Assembly: GCA_038087875.1 (NCBI GenBank)
Contig: CM075987.1
Location: forward strand, 20,832,001 to 20,896,000
Direction of reading: 5' to 3'
From: Malacoraja senta
Taxonomy: Eukaryota
DNA length: 64,000 bases
Below, piece by piece: positions 51,536 to 64,000 of this stretch. Numbering within the stretch: position 1 is the stretch's first letter; each line of letters begins with the position of its first letter. The position numbers and the translations under genes are program-made. The notes below the pieces were generated by a model. That model was not told the DNA's origin. It was given only the letters and a program-made list of their open reading frames with translations, and did not search any database.

Positions 51536-52250
51536 CTACAAAAGAAAGTACTTTCATCACTGTTGAATCCAAAAGAAAATAAAACAATCTGCTTGATCTT
51601 TTAGGTAACAAAGACTGTAAACACAGCAGCTCACAAAGTAAACATGCCTTCTAGGAGATTTAAGGGGCATCTGGACGGTGTGTGGTCCATCCCATAATAG
51701 ATTTTCACTTAATCAATTTAAGCAAGATAGGCAGGCAACAAGGAAAGATGAAGGCAGGTAGTATTTAAACTTAATATATTTCAAAGCTTCAGGGAAACTA
51801 TGGGCTCTGGAGACCAAGCAGGAGAGTGCAGTGGATGCCAAGATTAGATGAGTTTAATAAATAGCAAGGCAGTCTTGAGCCCTCTGTTGTTCATAGCTAT
51901 TAAATGATGAGTAGAAGGGGCTGAGCATCCTCTTCCTAAGTAAAAAATTGGAGTAATTTTTCCCAAGGATTGTGTGGTGATGTGACAAACATTCTGCTGA
52001 GCAACTTTGAAAGGATAGATACAGAAATGATATTTCTATATAGGAGAGTCTCAGGGACCAGCAATATAATAGTATTCAGAAAAGTAAGAAATTCATTACC
52101 TCAGCATTCATGGAAAAACTGGTAAAACACACGAGAAACAGATCCGCTGAATGGGTGAGATTGTTTACAAGGACGCACACCTTCAGAAATGTTAATCATG
52201 TGTCGTAAATTCAATGCAATTCCTTGGGATAGTTAAGAAAAAGAACATAC

Positions 52251-52593
52251 CTAACAAATTTGGAAGAGCCATGCCTTTTTTGCGTGTCATCGGCTTGAGA
52301 TTCTGTGGAAGAACTGGAACTAAGACTATGGGTCACATGGTAGTCTGTTGCAATGTTGGGTCCAGTTTCAGTCTCGCCATTGGTGCCCTCTGTAAGAACT
52401 GCTTCAGGTTTTGCATTGGTAGCTTGAGGTAACCCTGGCTTTGAAAAGCGAGGTAAAGCAGGCAAGACCATTGATGGGAAAGCAGGTGAATGGTACGCGG
52501 CCGCAGGCTGCAAAATTCTTGTAGGGTGTCGCGGTGTTGTAGTTGAAGTCTGTGCTGGCACCAATACAGAGGGAGCAGGTATCGATGGTTGAG
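52251..52593 (-). CDS. NUP214: NUP214 exon ~12 (343 nt), low-complexity linker
   Basis: QPSIPAPSVLVPAQTSTTT...SSKFV; open in phase 1 to 2; CAG/GTATGT. Confidence 0.85.
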
Positions 52594-53039
52594 CTGCAAG
52601 GAAAAGATAGGCTTTTCCATTTCATGCTAAAATTCATATTTTTCCAAAGTCATTCAGCAATAATTATACAAATACCTCAAGGGACCAATGCAATGCAAAA
52701 TATTTTTTTTAACAATGTTGAAAAAACAGTGGATCAGTCATTCATTGTTTAATAAAGGTGGCAATTCACCAGCCATGCCTGTACCAGCCACAAGAAAAAG
52801 TAATTGACTTATTTCCACTTCTTCCCCCACAGATCTGCAATTTTGTTGTTTGTTTTTCAAATAAATTTACCTTTTGCAAGTTATTATTGAACCTGATTCA
52901 ACCACCTTTTTTTTAATCAAGTACTGCATCCTGGTGATGAAATACACCATCTTCTTAACTTATTTTCTTTTGCCAACACAATACACCTGCATTATATGGT
53001 TTTAAATCTTCCTACGAGTACAAATAAGCAACCTTCTAC

Positions 53040-53520
53040 CACCATCCTCTTCTTCCTATCATTAAACCAATTATGTATCCAGTTCAGTATCTCCGTGAAT
53101 GCCTTGTTATGTAACCTTCCAGAACAGCCTACCACGCGGAATGTTAACAACGGCCATGATGAAGTCCATATAAACTATGTTTATGGCACTGTCCTCAACT
53201 ACCTTTTGGGTTATTTCTTTAGAAAACTCATTTGTGAGACATGACCTCCCATGCACAAAACCATGCTAACTATCCTGTCTTACCAAATGCACATCTTATC
53301 CCTCAGAATCCTCTTCAGTAACTTTCTACCATAGTCATTAGGCTTACTGGTGTGCAGTTCCAAGGATTTCCTTTGCAGCCCTTCTAAAATAGAGGCCCAT
53401 TAGCTACTCTCCCGTCTTCTAGCACCTCACCTGTGCTTGACAATGATTCACACATCTCAAACAATACTCCTACAATTTGTTCTCTAACTTCCCAGTTCTG
53501 TGGATCCAACTGATCAGGCC
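53040..53520 (-). mobile_element. Degraded CR1 RT fragment
   Basis: Remnants of QHGF and VYMDF; boundaries approximate. Confidence 0.6.
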
Positions 53521-53795
53521 CAAGAGATGTCTTTGGACATTCACCATCTCCTCAAATCTAACTGTCCTCGAGACACCGCCATCAACTTCATGTCTTTCTC
53601 CATACCAGTTTGCAATGAGTTTCTGTTTCTAATAGGTTTATTTTTTTACCCCAATGTGCTAGCAAAATTTATTACAACTTCTTAATGGGAATAATGAGTG
53701 AAAAGTCACTCCATAGAACTAGCAAATGGCCTTTTTGGGTGCTTAAAATTCTGATATTATTTATTTATTCTGCTCTCATTGTGTTCAATACATAC

Positions 53796-53954
53796 GAGAT
53801 TGAGGTTCCCTCTCTCCTTCAATACGTGGGCATTTTGATGGGACTACCAACAGTTTCCCCCCAGGGATGAAGTTGATCATATGGAATGAACAAAGAAGCC
53901 CTTGGGTTGTCAGTATCATCAAGATAGGAGAAGGTGCAAACATCTTCTCATCAC
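53796..53954 (-). CDS. NUP214: NUP214 exon ~11 (159 nt), end of beta-propeller
   Basis: DEKMFAPSPILMILTTQGLLCSFHMINFIPGGKLLVVPSKCPRIEGEREPQS; CAG/GTATGT. Confidence 0.94.
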
Positions 53955-54704
53955 CTGCAAAAAGAACAAATAAATCAATTTTCAAGGATCACGTTAGAAA
54001 AAGACTTCTATGAAACAAACTATTAGATCAAGCCTACATTTATTGCATTTGAAACGGAGTCAACTGATAAATGACATGCATGTAATCATCAAATATAAAC
54101 ATCAAAGAAATTACATTTCAGATCTATATTCACCGAATACTTTAATCCTATAGTGGCAACATTTTCCCTCATGGTCTAAACATATAAATTTTGATCAAAC
54201 ATTGCCTTCATTGAATAAACATAAATTTCTTTTGAGAAATTTCTGTCTTCAGACGGAGGACATTCAAGGCGAGAGAGCAATTTCATCACGCTCACTGTTG
54301 ATGAGGTGGCTTAAACTCTTTTTTCCACAGATGATTACATGAGTGCTTCAAGCATTTTTCATTTTTATCTGATCTGCAACAACAGTTTCTTTTTGACTTT
54401 CAAATCATTTCCTTATATTTCCATGTAACCTATTCTAGCACAGGTTTTTTTAAAGAGAAATAACAGCCTGATATTAGTAAACATTTGATCAATGGAAGTA
54501 TGAACTGATCTGAAAAAGAACAGGTCTATACCAGGGCCAACGTCTATTCCTGAAGGGTGAGGGCTGCGCAATGCTGCTTTAAACAGTTGAATTGATACTT
54601 TTGTAATTACACACTACAGTTTCATCCAATATTACAGTTGAAAACCAGTACATTAGGTCCAATATTCCACACAAGCTGCCTTTCATCCTGATACATACCT
54701 GCCT

Positions 54705-57254
54705 GCGATTCTGCAGCCAACCTGATACGCCACTGCCGTGAATAACTTCATCCAGCAAGAGCATAGAGGAATGGTCACTGACCAAGACAATCTGAGTGTT
54801 CCTCAACCAAAAACTATGGATGAACCATGAGGTACATTCACAGGTAAAGGCCAGGTCTGCTACATACAAGTCAAATGATCCCAAGCGGTAATGAAAGCCA
54901 GCTATGATCTTCGCAAAGCTAACAAGGATGCCGAGACAATACCAGGACAAACCTGAGTCCCGGTATAATTATTCGGACACACGCAGTATGTGGCACAGTC
55001 TGAATACTATAACTGGCTGCAAAGTGAAGTCAGGCAACCAGTGATAGTGCAGACCTACCTGGTGAACACAATGCTTATTATCCTCGCTTTGAGCAGAATG
55101 CCAATGGGGCCAATGACATTCATCCTATCACTCAAGTATGCCTCTTCCCAGGGTCACTGTTGCAGAAGTTAGATCAGCCTTCCTGAGGGGTGAACCCACA
55201 GTAAGCAAATGGGCCGGTCAGAGTCCCTGACCGCATCTTTAGAAGCTGCACGGAGTATTCATGGACATTTTTAATCTCACCCTACCTCGCTCTGATTTAC
55301 CCATCTGCTTCAAGAAGACAACTATCATCCTGGTGCTGAATAAATTCAAGATCTCATGCCTTAATAACTAACATCCATTGGCCTTGACATCCACCACCAC
55401 AAAGTGTTTTGAGAGGCTAATTATGGAACCATTAAATCCAGTCTACCAAGCAGTCCTGACCCACTGCAGTTGGCCGACCGCCACAACCGACCCACGGCTG
55501 ATGCCATCTCCCTGGCCTTACACTCATCCCTGGAACACCTGGATAAGAGAGACACCCATGTCAGACTTCCGTTCATAGACCACAGCTCTGCTTTTAACTC
55601 AGCTCTCATTATCCCATCCAATCTCATCACCAAACTCATGGAACGTGGAGTCAGCACTCATCTTTGCAACTGGATCCTAGGCTTCCTGACCAACAGACCA
55701 TAATCAGTGGGGATAGGAGACAAAATCGTCTACAACAATCATCAACACTAGTGCTCCGCAAAGATGTGTTCTCAGGCCCCTTCTCAGCTCTTTATACACC
55801 CACGATGGGCAGCAAGTACAAGCCTAATTCAATCTACAAATTCATGAACGACATCACCATTGTGGGCCGGATATCAAATAAAGACGAGATAGAGTACAGG
55901 AAGCATGACCTGTTGTCAAGACGACAACCTTTCTCTTAATGTCAGCAAGACAAAGGAGATAATGATCGACTTCAGGAAGCGAAGTGGTACACATAACCCA
56001 GTATGCATTGATGGCACCGAAGTAGAGATGGTTAAAAGCTTAAGGGCCTGTCCCACTTGGCCGTCATTTGTGCGCCATTTACGCGACCTGGTAGCGTGTG
56101 GGTAGTGCGGGACAATAGACAATAGGTGCAGGAGTAGGACATTCGGCCCTTCGAGCCAGCACCGCCATTCAATGTGATCATGGCTGATCATCCCCAATCA
56201 GTACCCCGTTCCTGCCTTCTCCCCATATCGCCTGACTCCGCTATTTTTAAGAGCCCTATCTAGCTCTCTCTTGAAAGCATCCAGAGAACCCGCCTCCACC
56301 GCCCTCTGAGGCAGAGAATTCCACAGACTCACCAATCTCTGTGAGAAAAAGTGTTTCCTTGTCTCCGTTCTAAATGGCTTACTCCTTATTCTTAAACTGT
56401 GGCCCCTGGCTCTGGACTCCCCCAACATCAGGAACATGTTTCCTGCCTCTAGCATGTCCAAACCCTTAACAATCTTATATGTTTCAATGAGATTCCCTCT
56501 CATCCTTCTAAACTCCGTCACTACCGGCCTGTCGCGTAAATGACGGCCAAGTGGGACAGGCCCTTAAGGTTCTTAGAGTAAATATTGCCAGCAAGTTGTC
56601 CTGAACCACCCATATTAAAGCAATGGCCAAGAAAGCACACAAACGCTTCTACTTCCTTAGAAAGCTTAGGAAGTTTGCTATGTCCCCAACACTCTCAGCT
56701 TCTACAGAGGCTCCGTAGAAAGTATTTCATCGGAATGCATCACAGCATGGTTTTGGAACAAATTCATTCAAGAGCACAAGAAATTGTAGAGAATTGTGGA
56801 TTCAACCCAGCCCATCATACACACCAACTTCTATTGACTCCATTTATACTTCACACGGCCTCAGTAAGGCCACCAGCATAATCAAGGACGAGTCTCACCA
56901 CGGTCATTCCCCCTTCTCCTCTCCCCCATCAGGGAAGCAGTACAGAAGTGTGAAAATGCACACCTCCACATTCAGGTAGACTTTCTTCCCAGCTGTTATC
57001 AGGCAACTGAAACATCCTATCAACAACTAGAGAGCGGTCCTGAACTACTATCTACCTCACCGGAGATCCTCGGACTGTCTTTAATCGGACTTTACTGGAC
57101 TTTATCTTGCACTAAACTTTATTCCCTTTATCATATATCTGTACACTGCAGATGACTCTATTGTAATCATGTATAGTCTTTCAGCTGACTGGTTAGCGCA
57201 CAATAAAAGATTTTCTCTGTATCTTAGTACACGTAACAATAAACTAAGCTAAAC
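54705..57254 (+). mobile_element. Rex1/Babar-clade LINE, degenerate, interrupted at 56043-56564
   Basis: [33 protein letters not shown]...[27 protein letters not shown]; CAATAAACTAAG tail. Confidence 0.9.
56043..56564. mobile_element. PIF/Harbinger-type MITE containing a CR1 3' fragment (about 56111-56515, minus)
   Basis: TIR AGGGCCTGTCCCACTTGGCCGTCATTT; flanks TTA/TAA; ORF 56198..56521 is the CR1 ORF2 C-terminus. Confidence 0.88.
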
Positions 57255-57474
57255 AAGGGCCATTTATGCAACAGGAACAGAACAATTTTGGCCAATTTTA
57301 GGTGGGGGTAGAAAGAAAAGATTTGCTTCTCAGGATAGTTTCCCATTCCAGGTGCAATGATTTTTCTAAGAGTGAGTTCTTAAATGGAATTACACCCTTG
57401 CCTTGCTCAGGATGCTCAATCACCTTATGACAAAGTAATAAAATGTAAATTTATGGCCAAACAAGAATGCTTAC

Positions 57475-57601
57475 CAACATTGACAGGCAGTTGACTGGTG
57501 ATATCAATAGAAACTCCAACCGGCATGGTGTCATCACTGTTCTCAGTCACAGGAAGTTCTGCTCGAGCAGCATCTTCGAGAACCCACATCTCCCAGCTGA
57601 C
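57475..57601 (-). CDS. NUP214: NUP214 exon ~10 (127 nt)
   Basis: VSWEMWVLEDAARAELPVTENSDDTMPVGVSIDITSQLPVNV; CAG/GTAAGC. Confidence 0.96.
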
Positions 57602-57868
57602 CTGAACATGGAGGCTCACAGACATCAAGCTTGAGTACAGAAAGAGGGTATTCAGCCCCACAAAACTATGCTTCCATTTATGCCCAGAAGTACTTTGCTC
57701 TCAAGTTCATCATATTCCACTAACATGTCTCTCATTTTCATTGTCCTTATTGTGATCATCCTTTAATGCATTTGTGTACTTGGCTTAAGTCCTGCACAAA
57801 GTAGCAAGTCCCACCTTCTCATGATTGAGACAAGAGGTTCCAGAATTCCCATTTAAATGTATTCATCA

Positions 57869-58553
57869 AGGGCCTGTCCCACTAACGCGACTTTTCAGCG
57901 ACTGTCTTCGACCTTCAAGCTCGAGGGCACTCGCCTGAAAAACTTCGAACTGGAGGGACCGTCAGCGATGAAACCGCGAGTCGGATCGACCGTCTACACA
58001 CACACAAACCCTTCGCAAAGGCGGGGGCCAGGGAAAGCGGGGAAGGGCTGTCTGAAATTCACACCCGCGATGAACAGGAAGGTAAAAGACGGCTGGCACA
58101 GTTACGGCAAGTCCTTTAGAGAGCGCGGAGAGGGGGGGAGAGAAGGAGTGGAGACACTTTTAAGAAGCCAGACAACTTTTAATAAAGTTTAGCGGGCATT
58201 TAACATTACCGTTCGGATCTGAAAACTCCAATGAGCCAATTAAAATGCCCGGTCAGCAAATGAGATTGCCTACGGCTGCCCTCGACTGCCTATAACTACA
58301 TAGCGACCCCACTCCACTGCACTACCAGTTCAAAAGAACCATGCCGACCAATTTTTACACGCAGAAAATCTTTCAGCATGCTGAACCATTTTCCACGACC
58401 AAACTGAGGCCTCGAGTATGCGGGAACTTCCCTCGAGCATGAAGGAGAGTTCCAGTGACCTCCTAGGACCACGTGTCGACCATGCTGCGAGTTTGAGTCG
58501 AGAGCAAACTCTTCTAAACTCGCAAATTAGGTCGCCACAGTGGGACAGGCCCT
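57869..58553. mobile_element. PIF/Harbinger-type MITE
   Basis: TIR AGGGCCTGTCCCACT; 3-bp TSD TCA. Confidence 0.9.
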
Positions 58554-58790
58554 TCACTATTTTGCATCCTGTCGTTTAGTTCCATCGCACAAGTGATTTT
58601 ATTTAAATCTACTTATCAATACTATTCAAAAATTTTAATGCCTCATTCCTCATGGATTTTTATTTAGACCAAAGGACCCAGCTTATCGCCTTCACTTTTC
58701 TCATATCTCATTGCTCATGTCCAGTCCTTTCTCAACAACAGCAGCAACTAAATGTCGATTTTAAAGAATGCGTAAAAAAAAACCAACTAC

Positions 58791-58857
58791 CTTGTCTTGT
58801 TGCCGAGCAATGATACTGACTTCTATAGATGCTGCTGAGGAGGCCACGAGAATATCC
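58791..58857 (-). CDS. NUP214: NUP214 exon ~9 (67 nt)
   Basis: DILVASSAASIEVSIIARQQDK; CAG/GTAGTT. Confidence 0.94.
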
Positions 58858-59281
58858 CTGGGAAATAATAGTGAATTAGCTATAGCATGGAATCAAGATG
58901 CAGTCAATTACAATTGACTTAGATTGTGTTGATTGAAGGTACAAACATAAGCAAATATACGCCAAACTTTTTGAATTTGCACAATCCCATTGGATCCTTT
59001 CTCAAAAGGTCCAAGTATTACTTTCTTGGAAGACATCTAATTCTGCATTGAGCTAAGGAGCTAAATCCATTCAGGAACACTTCAGAGGTGCAACAAATAG
59101 TTTCTGTACTCCTGGTAGTAGAAAGAAAGGAGAGCCATGCGTTCTGATCAGTGTACAGATATGAAGGTCAGACAGCACAAACTCTGAGCTGAGCAGGAGG
59201 AAACCTTATTCAAAAATAGGACGCACGCTGACTCTTATGCGACTTACTATGCACATATGAAAGTTATAACATAATACACAC

Positions 59282-59388
59282 CAAACATCTAAGTAGTGAA
59301 GGTAGTAATGGGGTCGTCTCTCTATTGTTGCTCCAAAACACAGGTCATTAAAATTCAAATACTGATCCTCTTTCTTCTCATCTTTTTT
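59282..59388 (-). CDS. NUP214: NUP214 exon ~8 (107 nt)
   Basis: KKDEKKEDQYLNFNDLCFGATIERRPHYYLHYLDVW; CAG/GTGTGT. Confidence 0.94.
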
Positions 59389-60108
59389 CTGGAAGAAACA
59401 TTCAACATCTCTTATTGTAAAAGCACACACAAATTTTTCTTTAAACTATGCACATGGTGTAACAGGTCTGGACATCAGGGCAACATGGACATATATTTTC
59501 ATGTAATGTTTGATGACACAGTAGTGGTGGCTTTATGGAAGAAGTTGCAGAGGTGGGTACAATTATAATGTTTAAAAAACTCTTGGACTGGTGCATGGAT
59601 AGCAAAGGTTGAGGGATGGGACATATGGAGACAAATGGGACAAGTTCATGTGGAGATCTTGGTTGGCATGGATAACTGGTCATGCCCATCATCCTTTAAG
59701 TACTGTATACATTTACTTAATTATTTGTAGATAAAGCTGCACATTTGCTTTGCACCACTTACTTAAATTGTACACTTTACAGACACTGCAGACCCAGCAA
59801 AACCATAGAGGAATAACCCTCCAGTCCTCCTTGAGACAGTTGTATGGAATCTTTTCATTTAGATAAATGGGGAGAAAAGACACCAAATTTATGTCTCATC
59901 TGGAAAACAACACCTGCACTTGTACATTGCATTCTAAGTGCAGAAATGAAGTGTCATCTTAGAGTATAGTCTTAAGTTTCAGTATCTATTTGGATGGTGC
60001 CTTAAACTTAGTAAAAGCTGTGACATTCTTAGAAAAAAATATATACGACTTTTGAAAATCCAGAACATGGCATGGAGACGACCAAGTACTCCCACGAAAA
60101 CTACTTAC

Positions 60109-60212
60109 TGCTAGGGAAATAATCACAACATCGGGGGGAGCTTCCTGGGATCCATCTGCAGCTACAAACACCACTGAAAAGACATATGTACTAATCCAGT
60201 GTATGTCCAAAA
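60109..60212 (-). CDS. NUP214: NUP214 exon ~7 (104 nt)
   Basis: LDIHWISTYVFSVVFVAADGSQEAPPDVVIISLA; CAG/GTAAGT. Confidence 0.95.
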
Positions 60213-60922
60213 CTGCCAAAGAAAAAGTGACACATTTATAAATCAGCAGCTTACAAGTACTAACATGTGTAAACATACCAACGAGCTGCCTCAGGCGACT
60301 CAAGACATCAGTATATTCAAATAAAAACAATGCCATTTTATTTTAAACTGGATTGCAAAAGCATACACGCTCCATCTGTGATTTTCAGTCTTAAGCAGTT
60401 TCCTGTCACTTATCTGCATTAAGTGCAAACACAGAGACTTTTGAACCAACTTCATGCTGCATTGAAAAGATACTTAAAATGACTTGGGCAAATTTCTACG
60501 TGTGTGTATGTCCCACAAATACTAAGTGAGTGGAATACTGAACCACAGTGGAAGCATTGGATTGAACGCTGCTCCAGTAGTTTACTGATCTGATCTAACT
60601 AGCACTGTTAGAGCAACGGCCACAAATATGCCCACGGCTTCATCAGAACAATCACCTTTATAACACAGTGGCACTGTTATTCAAACTCTCCCGAATGTAT
60701 GATATGGTTCCCTGTATATAGCTTACATTTGTGAAGTGGATTTAACATGAAAAAAGGAATGTAATAGTTTAAAAATGAACGTTACCTGATCAAACAGCAC
60801 TAATTCTAGAGCCCCATAAAAATAGTAGTGTTAAATTATATACCTGAAACTAAATCCAAGTTAACACTTATTAAATTGAACACGAGAGAAGCCATGATAT
60901 GACTCCCCTGTATGCATCCCAC

Positions 60923-60986
60923 CTTTAACTGGGTTCTCCGATTTGTAGAAAGGGGGACAAGAGATAACTTTCTTTTCTTGCAATAT
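60923..60986 (-). CDS. NUP214: NUP214 exon ~6 (64 nt)
   Basis: ILQEKKVISCPPFYKSENPVK; TAG acceptor, GTGGGA donor. Confidence 0.94.
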
Positions 60987-61049
60987 CTAGAAAGAAAGAA
61001 AAAATGTTAATTATCTCCAAGTTGAAAATGTAAATACACAACAAACAGA

Positions 61050-62350
61050 ACTATTTTATTGAGGATGTAATTTGTAGAATAGATGAGGGTGAATTTGTGA
61101 ATCTGGTCACCTGGAACTTCAGAAAGCTTTCAATAAGGTCCTACAAATATATTTGTATGCAAAAGTAAGTTAATCGGTCAGAGGTGCAGAATTAGGCCAT
61201 TAGGCCCATTGATTCTACTCCACCATTCAATGGTGGGTGATCTATCTTTCCCTCTCAACCCCATTTGCCTGACTTCTCCCTGAAACCTTTGACACACTTA
61301 CTATTCAAGAACCTGTCAAGCTCCGCATTTAAAAATACCCCATGACGTGGCCTCCAAAGCCGTCTTCAGCAATGAATTCCATTTTCACCACCCTCTGGAA
61401 TTTCTCCTCATCTCCTTTCGATAGATCTGTCGTTTTAATCGGTGGCTGTACCTTCTGGCACAGACACTCCCTCTGGTGGAAACATCTTTTCCACATCCAC
61501 TCTAATTAGGCATTTCACTATTCGGTGAGTTTCAATGATATCCCACCTCACCCTTCTAAACTCCAGTGAGTAAAGGCCCAGAGCCAGTTAATGCTCATCA
61601 TATGTTACACCAATTATCCCCAGGATCATTCTCATAAACCTCGCCTGGTCCCTCTCAAACGTCAGCACATCCCTCTTCAGATATGGGGTCCTAAACTGCT
61701 CACAATACTCCAATTGCAGTCTGACCAGCGCCTTACAAAGTCTCAGCATTACAATGAATGCTAACATTGCATTTTCCTTCCTTACTAACTATTCAACCTG
61801 CAAATTACTCTTTTGGTAATCCTGCACCATGACTCCCAAGTGCTTTTGCACCATAGATTCTGCCATTTATTTTCCCACTCTCCCAATCTGTCAAGTCTTC
61901 CTGAAGACTCCGCTTCCTCTACACTACCTGCCCGTCCACCTATCTTCATATCATCCACAAACTTGGCCACAAAGTTTGTCAATTCTATTATCCGTATCAT
62001 TAATATACAACGTGAAGAGTAGGAGGATGTGTTTGCTGTGGAGTTTAGCAAAGGTGGGATTCCTGGGATGGCAGAACAGGCGAAAGAGAGATTGGATCAA
62101 TTTGATTTAGAAGACGACAAGATCTCATAGGAACGTATGAAATTCCAACATGATTGGATGGATTAGAAGCCGGTAGCAAGCATTTGATGCCCGACAAGTC
62201 GAAGAACATTGGTCATGGCCCAGGTAGGCCATTTAAGACTGAAATAAGGAAAAAAACTTTTATCCCAGACTGCGTTGATTCTATGGAATTGTATAACATG
62301 GAACACAATTGAAACCAATTCAATAAACGTATAAAAAAGGAGCTGGCCAA
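61050..62350. mobile_element. CR1 fragment cluster (minus about 61185-62010, lying between plus-strand remnants)
   Basis: AKFVDDMKIGG...DRLGEW remnant (RT FADD region). Confidence 0.7.
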
Positions 62351-62904
62351 CCATTCTGTTGATTTATTAAATTCTACTACGTTTGTTCCATATCTCCTTA
62401 ACATTCTCACATGGCAAAAGTTTATCGACACAATTTTTTGAAATTTTCAAATCAAAAGAGGGTCTCAATAAATTTTCCAGGGCATTGCATCTCAGATTTC
62501 TATGATTTATAAGAGACTCCTGACATCCACACTGAAGACTCCTATCCTAAAGTTAGGCCCTTTGCTCAGCACCTCTCCAGTAAAGGAAACTTCCACATTT
62601 TCAACTTAATACCAATCACTCTTAATCAACTATTATGTGAAATCATACCTTCAAAGTATGATTGTTGATCTCTATTCTCAAATTATTTTTAGGTTTATTA
62701 CTGTCTCGTGTACAGAGGTGCAATGAAAACCTTTGTTTTACATGCAATCCAATCAGATTAGATAATAATATTCATAAATACAACTGTCAAACTCAAATGC
62801 AATAGGTATAGCAAAGTGAAAGTTGCAGAGTACAGAATATAGTTCTCAACATTGTAGGGACGAGTGAATCATGCTTCAATCTATAAAATTGTGAAATAGC
62901 CCAA

Positions 62905-63200
62905 AGGGCAGCACAGTGGTGCAGCTGAAGAGTTACAGTGCCAAAGTCCTAGGTTTGAACTTGACCACGGGTGCTGTCTGTACAGAATTTGTACGTTCTC
63001 CCTATGACCGCATGGGTTTTCTCCGGGTGATCCAGTTTTCTCCCACACTCCAAAGACATACAGGTTTGTCAGTTAATTGGCTTTGGTAAAATTGTAAAAT
63101 TATTCCTAGTGTGTAGGATAGTGTTAGTGTATGAGGTAATCGCTTGTCGGTGTGGACTCAGTGGGCTGAAGGGCCTGTTTTCACACTGTATCACTAAAAG
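62905..63200 (+). mobile_element. HE1/V-SINE, near full length
   Basis: GGGCAGCACAGTGGTGCAG A-box, GGTTTGAAC B-box, V-domain, GGGCTGAAGGGCCTGTTT CR1 tail. Confidence 0.88.
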
Positions 63201-63467
63201 TCTAAAGATTTCAGAGAATTGTCATGAGACCAAATCGTATGCATGCAGTTTAAAGGAGGAAGTAAAAGGGACAGTAGGGAATTAAAAAATCTTGGGTTTA
63301 GCAGTTGATAATAAATATAATGGATATCGGAAGAGGTTAGAATTGTAGTAGATTACAATTGTGTAGAATTGTAGTAGAGTTAAGGTTTCTGTGGCTGTTT
63401 GGAGACAATTAAGGAGAATAAGAGTTAAAATGTCAGAAAAAAAATACAGGCACCATGACCCACTTAC

Positions 63468-63538
63468 CGGCGAGTATTGAACCACTGTCCCATTTTGACG
63501 ACCAGCAGCCAACTGTTTCCCTTTTGGACTCCAGCATA
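63468..63538 (-). CDS. NUP214: NUP214 exon ~5 (71 nt), beta-propeller
   Basis: (V)[23 protein letters not shown]; TAG acceptor, GTAAGT donor. Confidence 0.96.
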
Positions 63539-63675
63539 CTAAAAAGTGAAAGTGCAGAAGACGGCAAGATTTAGGAGAGAGGTGAAGGAGGGCAGGGTGG
63601 TGGGGCGGGGTTGAGGGGGAGAAGCCAAATTGACAAAGTGAGAAACAACATGTTAGATTAGGTTTATTATTGTTA

Positions 63676-63973
63676 AGCCCCTGTCCCGTGATGCGAGTTT
63701 ACCCAAGAGCTCTCCGGAGTAAAAAAAAAATAATCAAACTCGTGGTACATCACGAGTATTTTTTTACTCTTGAAAATTTTCCACACTGTTGAAAAAACTC
63801 CACGAGTTTCCGTGTTTCCCGAGTACCTGCCGTTAGCATTACGAGCTGCTACGAGACATCCACAAGCTCCGACGTACCCGCTGCATACATTCTACGTACT
63901 TACCACAAGTTTGAATTATTTTTTTTTAACTCGGGAGAGCTCTTCGGTAAACTGGCATCGTGGGGCAGGGCCT
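63676..63973. mobile_element. PIF/Harbinger-type MITE with about 80-bp TIRs
   Basis: AGCCCCTGTCCC...GGGGCAGGGCCT; 3-bp TSD TTA. Confidence 0.88.
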
Positions 63974-64000
63974 TTACAAGTACGGAGGAGGTACACTGAA

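Larger units (their letters stand above)
3689..63538 (-). other. NUP214: NUP214 (CAN) nucleoporin gene, partial: 29 internal exons (about human exons 5-33)
   Basis: Exons bounded by AG/GT (one GC) join in a continuous frame. Peptides such as [32 protein letters not shown] and GFFSGLGGKP match vertebrate NUP214. Many exon sizes (71, 64, 104, 107, 67, 127, 150, 159, 104, 86, 84, 76, 62, 172) equal the human sizes as I recall them. Confidence 0.97.

Overview
Vertebrate genomic DNA, most likely a cartilaginous fish (probably a skate or ray), judged from its HE1/V-SINE, HER1-like CR1, Rex1/Babar and Penelope repeats. The window lies inside one minus-strand gene, the nucleoporin NUP214/CAN. I reconstructed 29 consecutive exons by hand (63538 to 3689, 5389 coding nt, about 1796 codons) with consistent reading phase at every junction. 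They correspond to about human exons 5-33 (numbering from memory): late beta-propeller, coiled coil, a 1956-nt Ser/Thr/Pro-rich exon and the C-terminal FG region. The first and last exons fall outside the window. The introns are dense with transposons: a near-complete CR1 ORF2, CR1 3' fragments, Rex1 LINEs, V-SINEs, hAT/Harbinger/TA-flanked MITEs and Penelope remnants. Most notable observations: (1) short Penelope-derived inserts with target-site duplications carry minimal hammerhead-ribozyme cores, and the cores are intact only on the strand antisense to NUP214; (2) a fold-back MITE carries an acceptor-microexon-donor/ratchet motif in both arms; (3) one intron has a GC donor; (4) the large exon holds an array of 11 K-x-E motifs; (5) intron 29 holds a possible extra exon; (6) two GC-rich retroposon-like elements share a hairpin body but have different LINE-type tails. 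There are no prokaryotic systems, CRISPR arrays, rRNA or tRNA genes.
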